From Acidobacteriota bacterium (GTDB lineage Bacteria; Acidobacteriota; Thermoanaerobaculia; Multivoradales; UBA5704), in contig JBDTZG010000009.1 of NCBI GenBank assembly GCA_040005235.1, positions 69,330-133,329 on the forward strand: a stretch of 64,000 nt of DNA. Reading direction: 5' to 3'. Under the pieces are notes generated by a model that worked only from the letters and a program-made list of their open reading frames with translations, did not search any database and was not told the DNA's origin. A program made the translations under genes and the position numbers. Positions 18,017 through 27,564 of this stretch are shown piece after piece (position 1 is the stretch's first letter; each line of letters begins with the position of its first letter).

Positions 18017-20314
18017 ATGCCTTCCGACCCGCCGATCCGCCACCGCCTGAGTGTCGGCGGAATCGTCCAGGGGGTCGGGTTTCGCCCTTTCGTTTACTCC
18101 CTCGCGACCCGCTACGGCCTGGGAGGCTCGGTGAGGAATGTGGCCGGGGGCGTGGCGATCGAAATCGAAGGGCCGGCGGAGAACGTCGCCGCGTTCGAGC
18201 GCAATCTCTCCGCCGAGGCGCCCCCGCTCGCGGCGATCGACGAGATCCGCATCGAAGAGAGGACGCCGGGCGGAGAGCGCGGGTTCAAGATCGAAACCAG
18301 CGGCGCCGCAGAGGCCGTGCCGACTCCCGTCTCTCCCGATGTCGCCGTCTGCGACGCCTGTCTCTCGGAGCTGTTCGACCCGGCGGACCGCCGCTATCGC
18401 TACCCGTTCATCAACTGCACCGACTGCGGCCCGCGCTTCACGATCATCGCGTCGCTCCCCTACGACCGGCCGAGGACGACGATGCGCGCGTTCGCGATGT
18501 GCTCTCGCTGCCAGGCAGAATACGACGATCCGAAGAGCCGGCGCTTCCACGCCCAGCCGAACGCCTGCCCGGAATGCGGGCCTTCGCTCACCTTTCGAGT
18601 CGCCGGACGCGGCTCCGCCCCTCAGCCGGAGGCGCTTCTTGCCGCCGGCCGCGCGCTCGATGCAGGGGAGGTCGTCGCGATCAAAGGGATCGGCGGCTTC
18701 CACCTTGCCTGCGATGCCACCTCCGATCGCGCGGTCGCCGAGCTGCGTCGCCGGAAAGGACGCGGCGACAAACCGTTCGCCGTGATGGTGCCGGACCTCG
18801 ACGTCGCGCGCCGGTTGGCGATCCTCTCCGCTGATGAGGAACGCCTTCTCGCCGGCCGCGAACGGCCGATCGTGCTAGTCGAAAAGCGCCAGGGCCTTCC
18901 TCTCTCGGAACTCGTGGCGCCCGGCCAGGCCCGGCTCGGCCTGCTGCTCCCCTACTCGCCGCTCCACCATCTGCTGCTCGCCGGCCGAGTCCTGGTCATG
19001 ACTTCCGGCAACCGGAGCGAAGAGCCGATCTGTCGAGAGAACGACGAGGCGCTGGAACGGCTTGGCGATCTTGCCGACGCGTTTCTGCTCCACGACCGGG
19101 AGATCCATGCGGTCTGCGACGACTCGGTGATCCGAGTTTTCGAAGAGCGCGAGCTGCCCCTGCGCCGCTCGCGCGGCTACGCGCCCTATCCGTTGCGGCT
19201 TCCTTTTCCTTCTCCCCCGCTGCTGGCAGTCGGCGCGGAGCTGAAAGCGACGTTCTGCCTGGCGCAGGACCGCAGGGCGTTTCTGTCCCAGCACATCGGC
19301 GACCTGGGCAATCTCGAAACGCTCACCGCGTTCGAGCGCGCGGTCGAGCACCTTTCCGATCTCTTCCGCATCGAGCCCGAGCGAATCGCCTGCGATCTCC
19401 ATCCCGACTACCTGGGGACCCGCTGGGCCGAGCGGCAAGCCGCCGGGCGCGGCCTGCCGCTCGTCCGCGTGCAGCACCACCACGCGCACATCGCCGCCTT
19501 GATGGCCGAGCACGGCCTGCCCGGCGACCGGCCGGTGCTCGGCGCAAGCTTCGACGGCACCGGCTACGGGCACGACGGCGCGATCTGGGGGGGAGAGATC
19601 CTGCTCGCCTACTACGCCCGCGCCGAACGGATCGCCCACCTGCGCTACGCCCCGCTGCCGGGAGGGGATGCCGCCATCCGCCACCCCCGGCGGATGGCAC
19701 TCGCCCACCTGGCCGCCGCGGGGATCGAATGGCATCCCGAGCTTCCCCCCGTCGCGGCGACGCCGGAAGGCGAACGGCGGATCCTGGCGCGGCAGCTGGC
19801 GACCGGATTCGGCACCGTGCCCACGAGCAGCATGGGCCGTCTGTTCGATGCCGTCTCCGCCCTCGCCGACCTCGCCCAGGAATCGCGATTCGAAGGCCAA
19901 GCGGCGATGGCGCTCGAAGCCGCGGCGGAGGGCTCGACGGGCGGCGAAACGGGCGGCGGGACCTATCGTTTCGCGCTGCGCGACGAGGACATCCTGCGCC
20001 TCGATCCGACCCCGCTGCTCGCGGCCGTGGTGCGCGACCGGCTGCGTGGCGAGGATCCCGGAAAGATCGCCGCCCGCTTTCACACCGCGGTCGCCGACGC
20101 CCTGGTCGCCGCCTGCCTCCACGGCAGGAAGAAGACCGGTGTTTCGACCGTCGCCCTCTCGGGCGGGGTGTTCCAAAACGTCCGGCTGCTGCGCCTCGCG
20201 AAAGACGGTCTCACCCGCGCGGGCTTCGCGGTGCTCACCCATCACAAGGTGCCGCCCAACGACGGCGGCTTGGCGCTCGGCCAGGCGGTGATCGCCGGGG
20301 TCCATCCGGCGTAG
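18017..20314 (+). CDS. hypF: Carbamoyltransferase HypF
   Basis: GIVQGVGFRPF, two zinc fingers, KGIGGFH, QHHHAH, DGTGYG and NDGGLALGQ. Confidence 0.97.
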   Translation: MPSDPPIRHRLSVGGIVQGVGFRPFVYSLATRYGLGGSVRNVAGGVAIEIEGPAENVAAFERNLSAEAPPLAAIDEIRIEERTPGGERGFKIETSGAAEAVPTPVSPDVAVCDACLSELFDPADRRYRYPFINCTDCGPRFTIIASLPYDRPRTTMRAFAMCSRCQAEYDDPKSRRFHAQPNACPECGPSLTFRVAGRGSAPQPEALLAAGRALDAGEVVAIKGIGGFHLACDATSDRAVAELRRRKGRGDKPFAVMVPDLDVARRLAILSADEERLLAGRERPIVLVEKRQGLPLSELVAPGQARLGLLLPYSPLHHLLLAGRVLVMTSGNRSEEPICRENDEALERLGDLADAFLLHDREIHAVCDDSVIRVFEERELPLRRSRGYAPYPLRLPFPSPPLLAVGAELKATFCLAQDRRAFLSQHIGDLGNLETLTAFERAVEHLSDLFRIEPERIACDLHPDYLGTRWAERQAAGRGLPLVRVQHHHAHIAALMAEHGLPGDRPVLGASFDGTGYGHDGAIWGGEILLAYYARAERIAHLRYAPLPGGDAAIRHPRRMALAHLAAAGIEWHPELPPVAATPEGERRILARQLATGFGTVPTSSMGRLFDAVSALADLAQESRFEGQAAMALEAAAEGSTGGETGGGTYRFALRDEDILRLDPTPLLAAVVRDRLRGEDPGKIAARFHTAVADALVAACLHGRKKTGVSTVALSGGVFQNVRLLRLAKDGLTRAGFAVLTHHKVPPNDGGLALGQAVIAGVHPA

Positions 20315-20642
20315 AGCGACAGGAGCGTTCCATGCATCGACCCTTGACCTACCTTTCTCTGCTGGCGCTCGCCCCACTTTCGCTTCCTGCGCAGGCTCCC
20401 ACCGATCGAAAGGCCGAGAAACTGGACCGGCCGCCGCGCGTTGCGGCGAGACGGCACGCTGTTGAACGGCGTGGGATTTCGCCGACGGTCCGCGTGGAGC
20501 GAACACTGGCGGTGTGGCCGTCTCGGCGCCCGCGCAGGCGAGACGCCGACGGTCCCAGGAACAGCACACCCTTCAATCAAGATTTCGATAGCCGCACTCC
20601 GGCGTTTCGTTTAGGCTGGCCGAAACTCCGGAGAGTACCCTT

Positions 20643-23600
20643 ATGCGCCTTTTAGCCCGTCTCGCCCTCCTCGCTCTCTTTGCTTCAACATTCTCGCTTC
20701 CCCTGGCCGGGCAGGTGCCGGTCCAGGTCGCGGATTTGAATACGACGCGGTACGACAACGGCGACTCGTATTTTTTCCGCAGCGAATTCGTCGAATTCGG
20801 CGGCCTCGTATATTTCACCGCGTCCGATGTTCTGCATGGGCTGGAGCTGTGGAAGACCGACGGCACGGAGGCGGGCACGGTGCGCCTTACCGACCTCTGC
20901 CCCGGTTCGTGCGATTCGTTTCCGCGCAATCTGACCGTCGTCGGGGGTTCGATCTACTTTTCGGCGGACGACGGCGCGCACGGGTTCGAGCCGTGGATTA
21001 CGGACGGCACGACCGCCGGGACGCGGATGATCCGCGACACCGTGCCCGGGCTGGGTGGCAGCTTTCCGAATCTGTTGCGGGTGCTGGGTGGGCGGGTCTT
21101 CTATTCGGCGAGCGACCCTGATGCCGGTTCGGAGCTTTGGGTGACCGACGGCACGGCCGGCGGCACGGGGCGATTGGTCGACATCCAACCCGGACCGAAC
21201 AGTTCGCAGGCGATCCCTTGGCAGGTCGTCGGTACCAATCTCTTTTTCTCCGCGGACGACGGCGTCCACGGTGTGGAGCTTTGGGCCACCGATGGCACCG
21301 CGGCGGGAACGCGGATGGTGCTCGACATTTTTCCGGGCGCCACGGCGTCCCTCTTGGGATTCATTCCGCTACCCGGGCTCAACCGATTCGCCGCGCTCGG
21401 ATCGCGCATTTTCTTTGCCGCCGCCGACGCGACGAACGACTACGAGCTTTGGGCAAGCGATGGCACCGCGGCGGGAACCACGCGGGTCGCCGACATCCAT
21501 CCCGGCCCGGACGCCTCCGTGCCAACCTACTTCGAGGTTCTAGGATCGATCCTCCTCTTCAAGGCCGGTGATGGCACGACCGGCACGGAGCTCTGGCGCA
21601 CCGACGGCACGGAGGCCGGCACGGTGGCGGTCAAGGATATTTACCCCGGCACCACCGGATCCGACCCCTACGAGCTGACCCGTTTCGGCAGTGCGCTTTA
21701 TTTTCATGCCAACGACGACGTGCATGGGCGCGAGCTGTGGAAGTCCGACGGTACCGAAGCCGGAACCGCCCTGGTCGCGGATATCCGGCCGGGCGTCGAT
21801 TCCGGGCTCCAGCTCTTTTACAGCCCGCACAGTTTGACGCCCGTCGGCTCGCGGCTGCTCTTCTTTGCCGACGACGGAGTCTCCGGCAACGAGGTGTGGG
21901 CGACCGACGGCACCCTGGCAGGCACGGCGCAGGTCGCCGATCTCAATCCGGGTTCCGCTCACGCGGACGGCGGCAGCTTCGTCGGCGGCTTCGAGCTCCG
22001 GTCGTTTCCGGGGGCCGCTGGTACTTCACCGTCTACGACGGTCCCTACCTCGAAGGACATCATCTCTTTGCCTCCGATGGCACCGCGGCGGGGACGGTTC
22101 GAGTCAAGCGGCTGGGCGACGAGCGCTCCGGCGTCACGCTGCCCCTTTTCGGCCGCGCGCTCGATTCGCGCGCCACGACGGCCTTGGCGAATCGCCTGAT
22201 CTTTTCGGGCGACGACGGCATCCAAGGAGGCGAACCGGCGGCGAGCGACGGCACGCCGACGGGGACCGCGCCCCTGCTGGACGTGAACCCGGGGTTCGAC
22301 ACCTCGACTCCAGGCGAAATGATCACGCTCGGTTCGCGGGCGCTTTTCAGCGCATGGCAGGGCACGGGGGATCGCACCCTCTACGCCACCGACGGCACTT
22401 CGATCGGCACCGTCCCCCTTTCGCCGCTCTCGCAGCCGAGCTACCTCACTGCCCTTTCAGGGACGGCGTATTTTTCCGCCTCCGATACCGCCCACGGCAC
22501 CGAGGTCTGGAAAAGCGACGGCACCCCCGGCGGGACCGGTCTCGCGTTCGATCTCGTACCGGGCACCCCAAGCTCGTTTCCGGCATCCTTCACGCCGCTC
22601 GGCGGCAAGCTGTTCTTCACCGCGTCGGATCCGACCGCGGGCTACGAGCTGTGGGCAACCGACGGCGCGACCGCCAACCGCGTGGCCGACATCGCGCCGG
22701 GGACCGCGAGCGGATTCCCCACCCAGCTCGCCCCGTCACCCGACGACCCTTCCGGCCCCACGATCTTCTTTGCCGCCGACGACGGAACGAACGGCCGCGA
22801 GCTGTGGATCTCCGACGGCACCGCCGCCGGCACCTACCTCGTCCGGGATCTGGCCGTCGGGCCGGCGTCTTCGATCGAAGCCTCACCGATCGACTCGTTC
22901 GCCTCGGAAAGCGGCGCCACGATGGCCACCTTTCCGAGCGGTCTCGCCGTCTTCGCCGCGTCCGACGTACCCGGCGACGAAGAGATCTGGACGAGCGGCG
23001 GGTGGCCGGTCCCGAGCAACACCTTCCGCCTCGCCGACGTCAACGTCGGACCGTCCGGCTCCCAGCCGCGCCAGCTCACGCGGGTCGCTCAGCGAATCGT
23101 CTTCGTCGCCGACGACGGCGTCCACGGCCGCGAGCTGTGGATGGCGACGCAGGACAACCTGACCGCCATGCTGCTCGCCGACGTCTTGCCCGGCCCCGCC
23201 TCCTCGGTGCCGCAGCACCTCACCGGCTTCGGCGGGCTCGTCCTGTTTTCTGCCGACGACGGAACGCACGGCCGTGAGCCTTGGGTGACCGACGGAACGC
23301 CCGAGGGGACTCGACGAATGGCGGACATTGCCCCCGGGCCGCTTCCCTCGAGCCCGTACAACTTCACCGCGGTCGGCGGCGACCTCTATTTCGCGGCCAC
23401 CGACGCGGTCTCGGGCTTCGAGCTCTGGCGCGTGCCGCGTTCGAGCCTGGGCGCGCACCTCACCGCCACCAAGCAGGTGAGCGGTCAGTTCGTGGCTGGC
23501 GGTCTGGTGACCTACACGATCGTCCTCACCAACACCGGGTTGGGCGCCCAGCTCGGCAATTCCGGCGTCCAACTCGAAGATCCGATCTCGCCCAGCCTGG

Positions 23601-24226
23601 CGCTCCAGAGCGTTACGGCTTCCTCCGGAACCATCACCCACGCCGTTCCCGGTCCTCAGATCAACTGGTCCGGCGAGATCCCGGCGGGTGGTCAGGTGAC
23701 GATCACGATGATCTTTCGAGTCCAGCCGGGCACGCCGCCCGAAACGGTGATCACGAACCAGGCGACGGTCCATTTCGATTCCGACGGCGACCTGGTCGAC
23801 GACACGAACATCTCGACCGACGACCCCGGCCAGCCGGGCGGGCAGGACGGCACCACGTTCCGCGTCGGCCTCGGGCTCTACACCGTTCCGCCCTGCCGGG
23901 CGTTCGACAGCCGGCCCGGCTCGCCGCTTTTGAACGGCTTTACGCAGACGGTCACGATCGCCGCGGTCTGCGGCATTCCGGCGACCGCCAAGGCGTTGTC
24001 GTTCAACCTGACCGCGATCGGACCGAACACCCTCGGGTTCCTCCGAGTCTATCCTTCCGGCTCCCCTGCGGGCATCGTCTCTCAGATCAACTTCGGTCCC
24101 GGGCAGACCCGGTCGAACAACGGCATCATCGAAATCGGCACCGACGGAAAAGTGGTGGTCGCCGCGGCGCTCACCTTCGGCGGCGCGGTCGATTTCGTGC
24201 TCGACGTCGTGGGGTATTTCGAGTAG
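20643..24226 (+). pseudogene. Secreted ELWxxDGT-repeat protein with DUF11-like and C-terminal PCR.FDSR domains, split by a 1-nt frameshift near 21990
   Basis: Repeats run in ORF 20643..22199 up to GGF and continue in ORF 21737..24226 from APVVSGGRWYF; may be a sequencing error. Confidence 0.8.
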
Positions 24227-24249
24227 ACCCCAGGGACGACCTGCACCCC

Positions 24250-24270
24250 GGCGGGGGTGAAGCCCCCCGC
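24250..24270 (+). terminator. GC-rich hairpin between the two ELWxxDGT genes
   Basis: GCGGGGG-TGAAGC-CCCCCGC stem; no U-tract. Confidence 0.3.
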
Positions 24271-24303
24271 GGACCGGGCCGCGTCTCCGATAAACTGCAC
24301 CCC

Positions 24304-27051
24304 ATGCGCCGACACGCCCTTCTCGCCTGCCTCGCTTTCGGGCTCGCTCCCCACCTCGGCGCCCAAGTTCTGGCGCCGTATCTCGTCGCCGACATCAACA
24401 CGCAGACCGATGCGATGGGTTCCGATCCGATGCCGATCGGCAGCATCGGCGGCCGGGCGCTTCTGTTGGTCGGGCAGAGGCGAGAGCTTTGGTCGAGCGA
24501 CGGCAGCGAGGCGGGGACCACGCCGCTCGTCCAGACCGCGGGTTTCCTTGCGTTCGCGGCCACCCCGGGCGGGCGCTTCGCCTTTCTCCGCGAGCCGGTT
24601 GGCGAGGGGTACCGCCCGTGGGTTTCGGACGGCACTCCGGCAGGGACCTACCCGCTCTCGGTGGCGCCGTTTGCAGGTTCATTCATGCAGTTTCAGCGGC
24701 GGTGGCTCCACCTGCCGGGCACCGACCGGATCTATTTCGGCGGCGACCGGGATGGCTTGGGTTACGAGCTTTGGACCACCGACGGCACCGCGGGGGGGAC
24801 CCGGCTCGTCGCCGATCTCGCGGCGGGGCCGGACGGGTCAGAGCCGCACGAGCTGACGCTCTTCCGCGGCCGGGTCTATTTCGCCGCCGACGACGGGCGC
24901 GGCGATTCGCTCTGGACCACCAACGGCACGACCAACGGTACCCGGTTGATCTCCGACCCCGACCCGCAAAGCCGGCAGAGCAACGGCCCGCGCTTCTTGA
25001 AGGTGGTCGGACAGACCCTGTTTTACTTTCTCGAACGGCCGGACGGCTGGTCGCTGTGGAAGAGCGACGGCACGAAGCCGGGCACGCGCCAGATCGCCCG
25101 CCTCCCGGTTCGCCCCTCGTCGCAATTCGACCTGCCGCAGGGGGTCTCCCACCTCGGCAAACTGTTCTTCATCGCCGAGCCGGTGACCGGGGGCGGGGGC
25201 GCGCAGCTCTGGGCCTCGGACGGCACGGCGGCCGGCACGCGCGCGGTTGCCTCGTTTCCAACCGGAGACCCTCTCGCGTTCCGGCTCTCCGCGATCCAGC
25301 CGGCGGGGCAGCTGCTGTTCGCCGCGGACGAGCCGGTCCGCGGCCGCGAGTTGTGGACCACCAACGGACTCCCCGGCGGCGCCCGGCTGCTCAAGGACAT
25401 CTGCCCCGGCCCCTGCGACGGCCTGGATTTCGAGCCGTTTCTTGAGTTCGGCGGCCGGCTCTGGCTGCGGGGCTCAACCCCGGCGCAAGGCATCGAGCTC
25501 TGGACCACCGACGGCACGACGGCCGGCACGCGCCTATTCAAAGATCTCTGCCCGGGCAGCTGTTCGGCCCGGCCCCGGCAGCTCGGCCTCATCGGAGCAA
25601 CGCTCTACCTCTCGGCCTCGGACGGCCAGGCCGAGCAGCTCTGGCGCACCACCGGCACGCCCGCCGGCACCGTTCGCCTGACTCAGGCACCCAATGCGCT
25701 CGGCGGAATCCTGCCGATGGGGGCCGTCGCCGGTGCCGCGTTTCTCTTCAGCGGCACCGACCCCGTGCACGGCCGAGAGCTCTGGAAGACGACCGGGACC
25801 GTCGCCTCGACCGGGCTGCTGGCCGACCTCGCCGACGACCCGTCGGCCAGCTCGAACCCCCACGATTTGGTACGGGCGGGAACACGGGCGATCTTTCTCG
25901 CCGACGATGGCGTCCATACGGGGCGCATCTGGTCGAGCGACGGCACGACGGCCGGCACCCGGCGGCTGCCCTTCGAGACCGGAGAGTTCGCCGAAGAGCT
26001 CGGGTTCGCGCATGCGGTCGCCGCCGAGCATTTCGCCTACCTGTACCGGGGGGCCATCCGGGAACGGGCGCTCTGGCGTTCGGATGGCACGACGGCAGGG
26101 ACGTTTCCGGTCACCCCCCCGGGGCTCCGCGAGTCACCCGATGGGGTTGCCCCGTTGGGGCTCGGCGACCGGGCGTATTTCGTCGGCACCGACACCGCGC
26201 ACGGCGAGGAGCTCTGGGCCACCGACGGAACCGCCGCCAGCACCCACCTGGTGGCCGAAAGCCGGCCCGGCCCGCAAGGCTCCCGCCCGGATCACCTGGA
26301 GCCGTTCTTGGGCGGGCAGCTGCTGTTCGAAGCGAGCGACGAGCTGATCAACACCCGGCCCTATGTGACAAACGGTACCGCCGCCAGCACCCGCCTGCTG
26401 GAAGAGGCCTATCCGTTTCTCGGCGAGGTGGGCGAGCACACCCTCGCGGGAAACAAGTTCTTCTTCCTCCGCCCCGACGCCACGCTCTGGGTGAGCGACG
26501 GCACGGCCGCCGGAACCCTGCTCGTTTCGCCGGAAGGCGTGCAGTCCCTCGCGCTCTTTGCCGCGGGCGGCAAGGTTTTATTCTCCGCTAGCTCCGGCGG
26601 CGAGACCTACCTGGGCGTCTACGTGAGCGACGGGACCGCCGCGGGAACTAAGCTCGTCGGCAGCGACTTCGCGTTGGTCCAGAACCTCGCCTACCTCCCC
26701 CCGGTCGGGGTCGGAAGCCGCGTCCTGTTCACCGCCTATCGCCTCGGCGACTTCACCCACCCGGCCCTCTGGGTCACCGGCGGCACCCCGGGCACGACCT
26801 TCCCGCTGATCGAGCCCGACGACTCCGCGAGCCTCCCCACCAACGCCACCCCCTTCGCCGGCCGCCTCCTGCTCCGCAGCAATTCTACCGTCTGGCTCAC
26901 CGACGGCACCCCGGCCGGAACCACCGTCGAGCTGCCCCCCGACCCGGGGAGCGGCCCAGCCCCCATCCTCACCGTCGCCGGAGAGCGGGCGTTTTTCGCC
27001 AGGTTCAGCCCGGAGGCGGGGGTGGAGCTGTGGGCTCTGCGGGTGCCGTGA
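24304..27051 (+). CDS. Secreted ELWxxDGT-repeat beta-propeller protein
   Basis: Signal peptide MRRHALLACL; many ELWxxDGT.AGT repeats. Confidence 0.9.
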   Translation: MRRHALLACLAFGLAPHLGAQVLAPYLVADINTQTDAMGSDPMPIGSIGGRALLLVGQRRELWSSDGSEAGTTPLVQTAGFLAFAATPGGRFAFLREPVGEGYRPWVSDGTPAGTYPLSVAPFAGSFMQFQRRWLHLPGTDRIYFGGDRDGLGYELWTTDGTAGGTRLVADLAAGPDGSEPHELTLFRGRVYFAADDGRGDSLWTTNGTTNGTRLISDPDPQSRQSNGPRFLKVVGQTLFYFLERPDGWSLWKSDGTKPGTRQIARLPVRPSSQFDLPQGVSHLGKLFFIAEPVTGGGGAQLWASDGTAAGTRAVASFPTGDPLAFRLSAIQPAGQLLFAADEPVRGRELWTTNGLPGGARLLKDICPGPCDGLDFEPFLEFGGRLWLRGSTPAQGIELWTTDGTTAGTRLFKDLCPGSCSARPRQLGLIGATLYLSASDGQAEQLWRTTGTPAGTVRLTQAPNALGGILPMGAVAGAAFLFSGTDPVHGRELWKTTGTVASTGLLADLADDPSASSNPHDLVRAGTRAIFLADDGVHTGRIWSSDGTTAGTRRLPFETGEFAEELGFAHAVAAEHFAYLYRGAIRERALWRSDGTTAGTFPVTPPGLRESPDGVAPLGLGDRAYFVGTDTAHGEELWATDGTAASTHLVAESRPGPQGSRPDHLEPFLGGQLLFEASDELINTRPYVTNGTAASTRLLEEAYPFLGEVGEHTLAGNKFFFLRPDATLWVSDGTAAGTLLVSPEGVQSLALFAAGGKVLFSASSGGETYLGVYVSDGTAAGTKLVGSDFALVQNLAYLPPVGVGSRVLFTAYRLGDFTHPALWVTGGTPGTTFPLIEPDDSASLPTNATPFAGRLLLRSNSTVWLTDGTPAGTTVELPPDPGSGPAPILTVAGERAFFARFSPEAGVELWALRVP

Positions 27052-27214
27052 GCGAGAAGGTTCGGTTCGGCACAAGGTTGGCCGCAGGCTTTGCAAGAGG
27101 TGAGGTCCCTGTATCCTTCGGCGCCGACTCACCAGTCCGTCGGCGCCGAAGGGGGGCGGGAAGCGTTTCGAACCGCCAGTTGCGCGGGTCTCCAGCAAGT
27201 TACTCGCGACTGGT

Positions 27215-27320
27215 GGGCGACGCGGCGACGCGCAGTAAAATCGAGAGGATCTGTCGTTCCGCAGGCTTCGAACCGCCCATCATTTGTACGCCGGTTGAGT
27301 TGGTAGAGGAGGCACTATGA
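27215..27320 (+). pseudogene. C-terminal remnant of a PIN-domain toxin
   Basis: RSKIERICRSAGFEPPIICTPVEL resembles the end of PIN-family toxins; ATGA overlap with the next gene; N-terminal part missing. Confidence 0.6.
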
Positions 27321-27520
27321 AATTCTCAGACCCCATCGTGGACGAAGCTCGCGCGGCTCGCCAAGCCATCGTCGAAGAGTGCGACTACGACCTCGACAAG
27401 TTGGCCCTTGTGCTCAGGGAGCACGAAACGCAGTCCGTCCGAAGGTTGGTTCACCTGCAGCCGAAAACGCCTATTCCAATTCCCCTTTGCGGAAAGCGTC
27501 CTGAGTTCACGAGAAGCTAG
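27317..27520 (+). CDS. Small putative antitoxin partner of the PIN toxin
   Basis: DPIVDEARAAR...YDLD motif; GGAGG RBS. Confidence 0.65.
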   Translation: MKFSDPIVDEARAARQAIVEECDYDLDKLALVLREHETQSVRRLVHLQPKTPIPIPLCGKRPEFTRS

Positions 27521-27564
27521 AGACCAAGGCAAAGCACCGGAAGGGAGTCGGTTCCGGGTGCCGC

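Noticed and set aside
20315-20642. Small gene between hypF and the ELWxxDGT gene (MHRPLTYLSLLAL...)
   Set aside because: It has an RBS and a signal-like start, but the remainder is low-information; it may be a remnant and cannot be supported.
23281-24303. N-terminal extension of the 1256-aa ORF
   Set aside because: Arg-rich off-frame shadow of the preceding gene; the real start with a signal peptide is at 24304.
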